Source: Longimicrobiales bacterium
GTDB lineage: Bacteria > Gemmatimonadota > Gemmatimonadetes > Longimicrobiales > Gaopeijiaceae
Assembly (NCBI GenBank): GCA_965226375.1
Contig: CBDDCX010000006.1
Coordinates: forward strand, 96,001-160,000
Length of the DNA: 64,000 nt
Direction: 5' to 3'
Shown here: piece by piece, positions 20,088-27,337 of the stretch
How the letters are laid out: each line of letters begins with the position of its first letter
How positions within the stretch are numbered: position 1 is the stretch's first letter
Program-made: the position numbers and the translations under genes
Notes under the pieces: generated by a model
The model's database searches: none
Told to the model about the DNA's origin: nothing
Seen by the model: only the letters and a program-made list of their open reading frames with translations

Positions 20088-21248
20088 CTAGGCGGAGTCT
20101 GTCGCCGCGTCGTCACCGCTGTTTCCGTCCGCTGTGGCCAGCTGCCACACGCCCCAGGTCAGCAGCGGCAACAGGACCACCACCAGGAAAATCCACGTGA
20201 GTGTGCCGTACCCCCTCGCGATCAGGCCGATGAGCCCGAACTGAGCCAGAAGGGCGCCGATAACCAACAGCGTCACGGCGATTGCCGGGCGCACCATCGG
20301 GGGAAGCTCCTTGCCAGCCTCTTTGAAAGTCATGGCCAGACGCTCGTTCACACCGTGGATCATGCCGGTGCCGGTCTCGATGAGCGTTCCGAACAGGCAA
20401 ATCTGAAAGACGATCTGGAACGTGCGGGATCCGAGGCCCTCGAGTATGAGGTTCACGGGCACCGTCTCGTCGGCGATTCCCGGGTAGTGGCCGGCCATCG
20501 CGAGGAGCAGGAAGAAGCCCGGGATGATGGCGATCGGGCCGGCGAGACCACCCGAGATCAACGCTTCTTTTCTGGTGCTCACGTGTCGCACACTGAAGAG
20601 CAGCGCCGGGATGATGGCCACGTTGTACGCCGCGTAGGCGATGCCGCCCACGAACCATCCGTCGCCGACCGGCACTGTGCTCAAGGCCGTTCCGATCTCC
20701 GTGCTGAAGGCGGACAACGACCAGGCGAACAGGACAGTGAACGTGCCGTAGAGCACGAATGACCAACTGGCCAGCACCTTCTCGATGAGTCCGGTACCCT
20801 CGAAGACCAGGAATCCGATCGCGACCATGATCCCGACGACCCCCACCAGGTACGGGAGACCGAACGTCTCCTGTAGAATCGAGCCCGCTGCCGACGCGAT
20901 CACGGCCAGAACGACCATGAGCATGGCCGAATACGTCAACTCGAAGACGATCCAACCAGGCCCCAGCAAGTGCCTGCAGAACGTCCGGTAGTCATAGGCC
21001 TGGAAAACGCGTGCGTACTCGAAGGCTACGGCACACACCAGCGACCAGAACGTCATGGACACCAGCATCATGGCCAGGAGTCCGCCCTTGGGGCCGTAGG
21101 GCAGAAAGAACTCCGCCAACTCCCTGCCCGTGCCGTATCCACCGGCGATGACCACCGACTGGAAGATGAACCCGGGAAGGAGGTAGCGCTTCAGAAGGCC
21201 CGGGGCGCGAGTCCCGCTGCCCGTGGCGTCGGTGGCTGAGTCGGTCAT
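20088..21248 (-). CDS. YkvI-like multi-pass membrane protein (putative transporter)
   Basis: GFIFQSVVIAGGYGTGRELAEFF and about 10 hydrophobic segments. Confidence 0.75.
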   Translation of the reverse strand: MTDSATDATGSGTRAPGLLKRYLLPGFIFQSVVIAGGYGTGRELAEFFLPYGPKGGLLAMMLVSMTFWSLVCAVAFEYARVFQAYDYRTFCRHLLGPGWIVFELTYSAMLMVVLAVIASAAGSILQETFGLPYLVGVVGIMVAIGFLVFEGTGLIEKVLASWSFVLYGTFTVLFAWSLSAFSTEIGTALSTVPVGDGWFVGGIAYAAYNVAIIPALLFSVRHVSTRKEALISGGLAGPIAIIPGFFLLLAMAGHYPGIADETVPVNLILEGLGSRTFQIVFQICLFGTLIETGTGMIHGVNERLAMTFKEAGKELPPMVRPAIAVTLLVIGALLAQFGLIGLIARGYGTLTWIFLVVVLLPLLTWGVWQLATADGNSGDDAATDSA

Positions 21249-21453
21249 CTCGCAGCGTGTCACCGCACCCCATGGCTGTCAAGCGATGTGACCCCGACGC
21301 AACCTTCCTCGTCTAAGAGTCGTCAGAGCAAGTGAGGGGGATGGTTCTTGCGATGAGCCTGAAACCGAAACAGTGCTGTCTCGTATTGGAGAGAGTGTGG
21401 GAGAAGGGCTGAGGGCCGCGTTCAGATCGGCCCCGTGAGGAAGGAAGAGGAAG

Positions 21454-21615
21454 ATGAGTGTGGAAGAGAGAATTGGGCACTTACTCAGAGCAGCGAGTCG
21501 GGTGGAGGGTGAGGGGGATAGTCGTGGGGCTGAGCTACTTCGGCAGATGGCCGAAGAGGCACTCCCGGTGGAGCGTCAGAGAGTCGTGATGGCCGTGGGT
21601 TGCCACAGCGACTGA
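21454..21615 (+). CDS. Small hypothetical protein (53 aa)
   Basis: Below the ORF-track cutoff. MSVEERIGHLLRAASRVEGEGDSRGAELLRQMAEEALPVERQRVVMAVGCHSD. Purine-rich RBS before it, terminator after it. Confidence 0.65.
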   Translation: MSVEERIGHLLRAASRVEGEGDSRGAELLRQMAEEALPVERQRVVMAVGCHSD

Positions 21616-21640
21616 GAGAGCCGAGTTCTCCGGCCTTTCC

Positions 21641-21675
21641 AGGGCGCTGCCTTTCGAGGCAGCGCCCTTTTTTTC
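21641..21675 (+). terminator. Rho-independent terminator
   Basis: AGGGCGCTGCCT-TTCG-AGGCAGCGCCCT followed by a T tract. Confidence 0.85.
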
Positions 21676-21824
21676 TTTCCAGTGGCGCCTTGGAGGCCTC
21701 GTTGATCCGGCCTACCGCGCCTTACCTCCGTACAGAGGCTTGCGTATTTTTCAGGGTCCCCGTGTTCACGGCCGGTGGCCTTTCGGCTACTCGGCTACGA
21801 GCCGAACCAGGAGTACGGATCAAA

Positions 21825-22400
21825 ATGAAGCGCTCCTCCAAGCTGGGTCTGACCGCCGTTATCACCGCAGGGCTCGTAGCCTGTGGCGGTGCCGATTCCC
21901 CGGACGCCGCTCCCGCCGCTTCGGAGCCGGCAGCGGCACCGGCGGCCGAAGGCGCCGTCGAGGGTGGGATACCGGACTGGTACCATATCGACACGGACGC
22001 CAAGACGGTCGAACTCCACGTGACCGCACAGATGGACGGCGGGTGGAAGTTCAACGGCATGGCGAACGGCAAGGGTACGATCACCGTGCCGCTGGGCTAC
22101 GAGATCACGGTAGAGTTCACCAACGACGACTCGGCCATGGCGCACAGCCTCGGAATCGACGCGCAGGTGGGGGGCTACGGCGCCATGTTCGAGGATCCTC
22201 AGCCGGCCTTCAGCGGAGCGATCACCGCCGATCCCACGTCCATGACGGAGGCCACCCTGCCGGGCGAAACGGAGTCCTTCAGGTTCACTGCCGATGTGGC
22301 CGGGGAGTACGCGCTGGTGTGCTACATCCCCGCGCACGCCGTCACCGGCATGTGGGTCCGATTCAACGTGTCGGAGGGTGAGCCGGGCGTGAGCATGTAA
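21825..22400 (+). CDS. Sulfocyanin-like blue copper lipoprotein
   Basis: Lipobox LVAC, AP-rich linker, HSLGI...CYIPAHAVTGM type-1 copper ligands. Confidence 0.82.
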   Translation: MKRSSKLGLTAVITAGLVACGGADSPDAAPAASEPAAAPAAEGAVEGGIPDWYHIDTDAKTVELHVTAQMDGGWKFNGMANGKGTITVPLGYEITVEFTNDDSAMAHSLGIDAQVGGYGAMFEDPQPAFSGAITADPTSMTEATLPGETESFRFTADVAGEYALVCYIPAHAVTGMWVRFNVSEGEPGVSM

Positions 22401-22433
22401 CACCCGTCGGGGAGCCCATCGGGTAGCCCAGAG

Positions 22434-23216
22434 TTAGACGTCCCCGCCGCTATCTGCCGCCGCCTCCTGCGTTTCCGAGGGGTGCAGGGGGGCCGCATGC
22501 GGCCCCGCCTTGTCTTGCGGGTGTGCACGCAGGTTGAGGAACTCCACGAAGACCGAGAACCCCATGGCAAAGTAGATGTAGCCTTTCGGGATATGGAAGC
22601 CCACTCCGTCCGCCACCAGACTCATTCCGATCAGCAGAAGGAAGCTGAGGGCGAGCATCTTCACGGTGGGATGATCCGAGACGAAGTTGCCCACAGGTTC
22701 GGCCGAGATCATCATGACCCCCACGGCCAGGATGACCGCTGTCACCATTACGGCCAGGTCGTCCGCCATACCGACCGCCGTGATCACCGAGTCCAGCGAG
22801 AAGATCATGTCCAGCAGGGCGATCTGAATCAGCACCCCCGTAAAGGTCACCACGTTACCGCCTGACCCGACCCCGTCTCCGTTCCCCTCCATCTTGTGAT
22901 GGATTTCACGGGTGGATTTGGTCAGGAGGAAGAGTCCCCCCACGATGAGAATGATGTCCCTGCCCGACACTTCGTTCTGGACCACTGTAAACAGCGGTGC
23001 CGTGAGCCGCATGATCCAGGTGATGGAGAACAGCAGCAGGATGCGCGTGCCCATCGCGAGCGCCAGGCCTAGCTGGCGGGCTTTGGGCCGTTCCTCCGCG
23101 GGGAGTCGGTCGGCCAGGACCGATATGAAGACGATGTTGTCGATCCCGAGGACAATCTCGAGAATCGTGAGCGTGGCCAGGGCGACCCACGCTTCGGGGC
23201 TGGTCAGTAAATCCAT
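22434..23216 (-). CDS. TerC-family membrane protein
   Basis: LEIVLGIDNIVFI, DMIFSLDSVITAVG, PKGYIYFAMGFS. Confidence 0.93.
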   Translation of the reverse strand: MDLLTSPEAWVALATLTILEIVLGIDNIVFISVLADRLPAEERPKARQLGLALAMGTRILLLFSITWIMRLTAPLFTVVQNEVSGRDIILIVGGLFLLTKSTREIHHKMEGNGDGVGSGGNVVTFTGVLIQIALLDMIFSLDSVITAVGMADDLAVMVTAVILAVGVMMISAEPVGNFVSDHPTVKMLALSFLLLIGMSLVADGVGFHIPKGYIYFAMGFSVFVEFLNLRAHPQDKAGPHAAPLHPSETQEAAADSGGDV

Positions 23217-23329
23217 TCAGATAATGTGGAGCCGAACGGAGACTCAACAAAGAGGTGAGTCCGGGAACCGGTGGACCCGCCGGGGCTCCTTGCCTACCAT
23301 GGACTCGTGACTACACACGTGTGGCGATC

Positions 23330-23522
23330 ATGAGCGCCGGATACTCCGGCACCCCACTGGCCAAGAGGCTCGGGATAAAGGCGGGGCACCACGTGGGTAC
23401 GTTCGACGCTCCGCCCCACTTTCCCGCCCTCCTCGATCCACTGCCCGACGATGTGGACATGAAGAGGGAGCCACCACCCGAGATCGAGCTCGACGTGGCC
23501 GTCTTCTTCGTTAGCGACGAAG
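23330..23522 (+). pseudogene. N-terminal fragment of a DUF3052-like protein
   Basis: MSAGYSGTPLAKRLGIKAG...LDVAVFFV ends abruptly where ABC ATPase sequence begins. Confidence 0.65.
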
Positions 23523-24198
23523 GGGCTGCGGCAAGACCACCCTGCTGTCGATTCTGGGGTTGCTCGATTCCCCCACGAGCGGTGACTACCTGCTCGACGG
23601 CGAGCCGGCGGCGAACCTCACGGCTTCGCAGCGGGCCAAGATCCGCAACCAGGCCATCGGGTTCATCTTCCAGGCGTTCAACCTGATCGGTGACCTCACG
23701 GTATTCGAGAACGTCGAGCTCCCGCTCACATATCGCGGAATGGGTGGGGCCGAGCGCAAGGAGCGCGTGCACGCGTCTCTGGAGCGTGTGGGCATGGCTC
23801 ACCGCATGACCCACTATCCCAGCCAGCTCTCCGGTGGTCAGCAGCAGCGGGTGGCGGTGGCCCGTGCCATCGTGGGCAAGCCCCTCATCCTGCTGGCAGA
23901 CGAGCCCACGGGTAACCTGGACTCGAAGAACGGCAACGCGGTCATGGACCTGATGCACGAGCTCCATGATGAGGGAGCCACAATCTGCATGGTCACGCAC
24001 GACCCGCGTTACTCTGCGGTTGCGGAACGCTCCGTGCATCTCTTCGACGGCCTGGTCGTCGACGAAGAGGACGCCAAGCGTGAGGAGCATGCGCATGAAC
24101 TCGAGGAATCCGGCTTCGACGTGCGTACCGCGGACTGGATCCGCGTACCGCGGACTGGATCCGCGTACCGCGGCCTGGATCCGCGGATTTCGCGCTGA
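23523..24198 (+). pseudogene. ABC transporter ATP-binding protein (MacB/LolD-like), 5'-truncated within Walker A
   Basis: In-frame GCGKTTLLSILGLLD from 23524, LSGGQQQRV, LLADEPTGNLD, VTHD. The native start and the first half of Walker A are absent. Confidence 0.85.
24123..24185 (+). repeat. 20-bp tandem repeat x3 (GCGTACCGCGGACTGGATCC)
   Basis: Units start at 24123, 24143 and 24163. One mismatch in the third copy. Confidence 0.92.
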
Positions 24199-24326
24199 GC
24201 TGACTTGCCGGGACCCTGGGGGGGTGACTTTGGTCACCCCCCTTTCAGTTCAGCCAGCTCCTCCCGTGCCGGGTCGCCATGAGTGCCACCCAGCGCTCGA
24301 ACGTCTCGATGGCTGACACCTCCTCA

Positions 24327-25658
24327 TCAGTCACACGCGACCTCGAACCCCTGCTCCGCCCACGCGGTGGTTCCGCCATTGATGCTGCGGACATTCCGGT
24401 AGCCCAATGAAGCCAGGAACAGGGCGCCGGACAGAGATCGTACGCCCGTGGCACAGACCACGAGCATCGGGGCCTCGCGATCCTCGGGCAGGAAGTCGAC
24501 GTATCGAGTCATCTCCTGCAGGGGCATGAGGAGCCCACCGGGAATACGTATGGCCGCGTATTCATCGGGCTCGCGCACGTCGACCACCACAACATTGGCG
24601 GCCTCGATGAGATCGTGGGCGGGCCCGACCTCGATAGTGAGGCCTGGTGTGCTCTTCGCGTTCTCAACGAGCCGATCCATCATGTGCTCACGTGGGCTGG
24701 GCGCCGCGGTCGAGCCCAGTTCTGGGAGGTACTTGGGCACGGACGAAGCGTACTTGAAGGCACTGTCCGGGAACAACACCACGGCGAGCCCCCCCGGCTC
24801 GTCCGGCACCAAGTCGAAGGCGCCCGCGAGCGCCATGCCGGAGCTCGGGCCGGCTATGATGCTCTCCTCACGGTTGAGTCGGAGGCAGAGGTCGAAGGCC
24901 GCCTGGTTGGTCACCTCGGCCAGCGTGTCATACTCGTCGGGCCGGAAGAGCTCGGTCTGCTGGAGCTGCCGAAGACTCCGCACCCCCGGAATGTCGTGTC
25001 CCTCTTCCGGGTGCACACCATGAACCATGATGGCCGGGTTCTGCTCCTTCAGGAACCGTCCCGTCCCCGTAATCGTCCCGCAGGTGCCCAGGCCGGCCAC
25101 GAAGTGCGTTACTCCGCCGTCCGTCTGGAGCCAGATCTCGGGGCCTGTGGTCTTGTAGTGCGCGTCGGGATTGGCTTCGTTTCGATATTGATTGAGCATG
25201 TAGAAATCGGGGGCCTCGGCCAGGTCGTTGGCTCTGGCGATCGCTCCCTCAGGAGCGCCAGGAGCTGGGCAAAGGGTATCCTCGAGCTCGATGACGTCTG
25301 CGCCGAAGAACCGCAGCATCGTACGCTTCTCGAGTGGGATCGCCGATGACAACGGGGTCGTGAGCGAATACCCCCTCGCATTGGACATCATGGCCAGGCC
25401 CATGCCGGTGTTCCCCGACGTGGGCTCGACCAGTTGCTGCTCCGGGCGCAGCACTCCCCGTTCTTCGGCATCGGCGATCATGTTGGCGGCGATACGATCC
25501 TTGACCGCGCCGAACGGGTTGTACCACTCGAGCTTTGCGTACACCCGTGTGTGTTCGAACGGAACCACTCGATTGAGCCGCACGAGCGGTGTGGGATTCT
25601 CGGCGTCGCAAAGGAGGCCGAGTACCGAGTCATATACGCGTCGTCGGTGATCTCGCAT
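24327..25658 (-). CDS. PLP-dependent cysteine synthase fused to a C-terminal rhodanese domain
   Basis: KLEWYNPFGAVKDR, EPTSGNTG, GLGTCGT, GPSSG, then VVDVREPDEY...VVCATGVRS...GGTTAW. Confidence 0.9.
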   Translation of the reverse strand: MRDHRRRVYDSVLGLLCDAENPTPLVRLNRVVPFEHTRVYAKLEWYNPFGAVKDRIAANMIADAEERGVLRPEQQLVEPTSGNTGMGLAMMSNARGYSLTTPLSSAIPLEKRTMLRFFGADVIELEDTLCPAPGAPEGAIARANDLAEAPDFYMLNQYRNEANPDAHYKTTGPEIWLQTDGGVTHFVAGLGTCGTITGTGRFLKEQNPAIMVHGVHPEEGHDIPGVRSLRQLQQTELFRPDEYDTLAEVTNQAAFDLCLRLNREESIIAGPSSGMALAGAFDLVPDEPGGLAVVLFPDSAFKYASSVPKYLPELGSTAAPSPREHMMDRLVENAKSTPGLTIEVGPAHDLIEAANVVVVDVREPDEYAAIRIPGGLLMPLQEMTRYVDFLPEDREAPMLVVCATGVRSLSGALFLASLGYRNVRSINGGTTAWAEQGFEVACD

Positions 25659-25778
25659 GAGCCGTTCTCCGTAATGTCGATGGTGAGATCCGCCGGACCT
25701 CGGTTCCCCGATTCGCACCCTCCTTTCCTAGTTCTCCGGAGGCCGGCCGGGGTTCCCGCCGAGAGGGTCAGTCTGGCT

Positions 25779-26135
25779 CTAGTCAGCCGTCCCTTCGCGG
25801 GCCAAGAGCTTGTCTGTCTTGGCGGCCATGATGAAGTCGTTCCGGTGCAGGCCCCGGATCTTGTGGGTCCACCAGGTCACCCTGACGTTGCCCCATTCGG
25901 TCACAAGGGCCGGATGATGAGCGTCTTCTTCGGCCAGAGCACCGACGCCGTTCGTGAACCGCAGCGCGTCAGCGAAATTCCGGAACTCGAAATCCCGTTC
26001 CAGACGCGGGATCCCATCCCGCTCGATGAGCGCCCACTCCGGCACCTGGGCATGCAGCTCACGGCTTTCCTCAGCCGTGACGGTGGGGGCCCCTCGCTGA
26101 CAGGCCTCACAAGTCATTTTCACTAGCGGGTCCAT
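25779..26135 (-). CDS. phhB: Pterin-4-alpha-carbinolamine dehydratase
   Basis: CEAC...[15 protein letters not shown]...[21 protein letters not shown]. Confidence 0.9.
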   Translation of the reverse strand: MDPLVKMTCEACQRGAPTVTAEESRELHAQVPEWALIERDGIPRLERDFEFRNFADALRFTNGVGALAEEDAHHPALVTEWGNVRVTWWTHKIRGLHRNDFIMAAKTDKLLAREGTAD

Positions 26136-26314
26136 CGGTGACGACCTCCCTGGCTCGGGCGGATAGCGGACGATTCGAAGCACTCGCAATGGGCCTCGCC
26201 GGTGACGTGGTAGGCGTTCCAAGTCCCCTTGGGGCCAAAAGCCAAGGTATGGCGTGTAGTGATGGACTGGCCAGGTGGAGAGAGGGCCTTGGGTAGGAGC
26301 CAGCCGCTGATGAG

Positions 26315-26405
26315 ACCTAGCACGCGGTTGCTGCTGTCGGGGTCGGCTTGCGTAGCGCCATTGCGGCTCGCATGGTTGCCCCGCGGCAGAAACGCAGTGT
26401 TAGAC
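26315..26405 (+). other. Solitary integron attC-like recombination site
   Basis: Degenerate R'' ACCTAGC and R' GTTAGAC. The arms CTAGCACGCGGTTGCTGCTGTCGGGG and CCCCGCGGCAGAAACGCAGTGTTAG pair with bulges. Confidence 0.7.
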
Positions 26406-26441
26406 GACGGCTCGCATCCTCATATGGATCAACCGTTTCAG

Positions 26442-26903
26442 ATGAAACTCAGCCAAATCCACAACCGCAGTTTGGCTATCCTCATCGCTCGAGTCATTCT
26501 CGGCCTGATTTTCTTCATGGCTGGGCAGTGGAAGTTGTTCTCGCTTGGCCCCCTAGGACATGCTCGCCGCTGGTTCGTCGGGCCCTACGCGGAGACGTTC
26601 TTGCCGATGTGGTCTCTGTGGGCGACGGGGACCGTTGTTCCCTTCGTGGAATTCGTGGCGGGTGCCTTGCTCTTGGTTGGACTATGGACGCGTCCAGCAC
26701 TCGCCGCGCTCGGCGGTGTCTTGATTATCGTGACGTTCGGCCACCTGCTCGCCGACACGTTGTATGCGTTTCATACGCACGTGATTCCCCGGACGGCGCT
26801 CCTACTCTTTGTGTTGGCCATGCCGGCCTCAGAGGACCGTTTGTCCATGGATTACTGGCTCGCTCGTCGAGCAGCGGACCGGTCAACCAGGGATCCTCGC
26901 TAG
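26442..26903 (+). CDS. DoxX-family membrane protein (cassette-like)
   Basis: ARVILGLIFFMAGQWK...PFVEFVAGALLLVGLWTR...TFGHLL...SMD. Alternative start at 26424. Lies directly after the attC site. Confidence 0.8.
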   Translation: MKLSQIHNRSLAILIARVILGLIFFMAGQWKLFSLGPLGHARRWFVGPYAETFLPMWSLWATGTVVPFVEFVAGALLLVGLWTRPALAALGGVLIIVTFGHLLADTLYAFHTHVIPRTALLLFVLAMPASEDRLSMDYWLARRAADRSTRDPR

Positions 26904-26931
26904 CGCGCGATGGGTGAGGGGCTTGCCCGAT

Positions 26932-26966
26932 CTATAGGGAATCGCTATATAGGGTGACACCCTATA
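26932..26966. promoter_or_regulatory. Putative PadR operator (palindromes)
   Basis: Perfect TATAGGGTG-A-CACCCTATA (26948-26966) plus an overlapping imperfect TATAG-N7-CTATA, about 20 bp before padR. Confidence 0.65.
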
Positions 26967-26985
26967 GTGACTGGCCCCATAAAAT

Positions 26986-27330
26986 ATGGCACAGAATCCA
27001 GAGCAGTTCATCCCGCTCACGCACGTGGCCTACCACGTGCTGCTCGCCCTCTCCGACCAGTCCAGGCACGGCTACGGCATCATCAAGCACGTGGAAGAGA
27101 GGACGAACGGTCGCTTGGAGTTGGAGGCAGGCACACTGTACGCCGCGATCAAGAGGCTGCGCGACGACGCGTTGATCTCCGACGCGAAGGCGCCTTCCGG
27201 AACCGACTCTCGGCGCCGCTACTACGGGCTGACTCCGTTCGGGCGGCGCGTCCTGGAGGCCGAGTCGCTCCGACTCGTCGAGCTCGTGGCGCTCGCACGC
27301 GATGCTCAGCTGATCCCCCCGGGCGTGTAG
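26986..27330 (+). CDS. PadR-family transcriptional regulator
   Basis: PLTHVAYHVLLALSDQSRHGYGIIKHV...GTLYAAIKRL...RRRYYGLT. Confidence 0.93.
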   Translation: MAQNPEQFIPLTHVAYHVLLALSDQSRHGYGIIKHVEERTNGRLELEAGTLYAAIKRLRDDALISDAKAPSGTDSRRRYYGLTPFGRRVLEAESLRLVELVALARDAQLIPPGV

Positions 27331-27337
27331 GCTACCG

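Noticed and set aside
22396..22440. attC-like TAAC...GTTAGAC between the sulfocyanin and terC genes
   Set aside because: The motifs are just the two convergent stop codons, and the arms do not pair.
24123..24185. Possible mini-CRISPR array
   Set aside because: The repeats are contiguous with no spacers, and there are no cas genes in the window.
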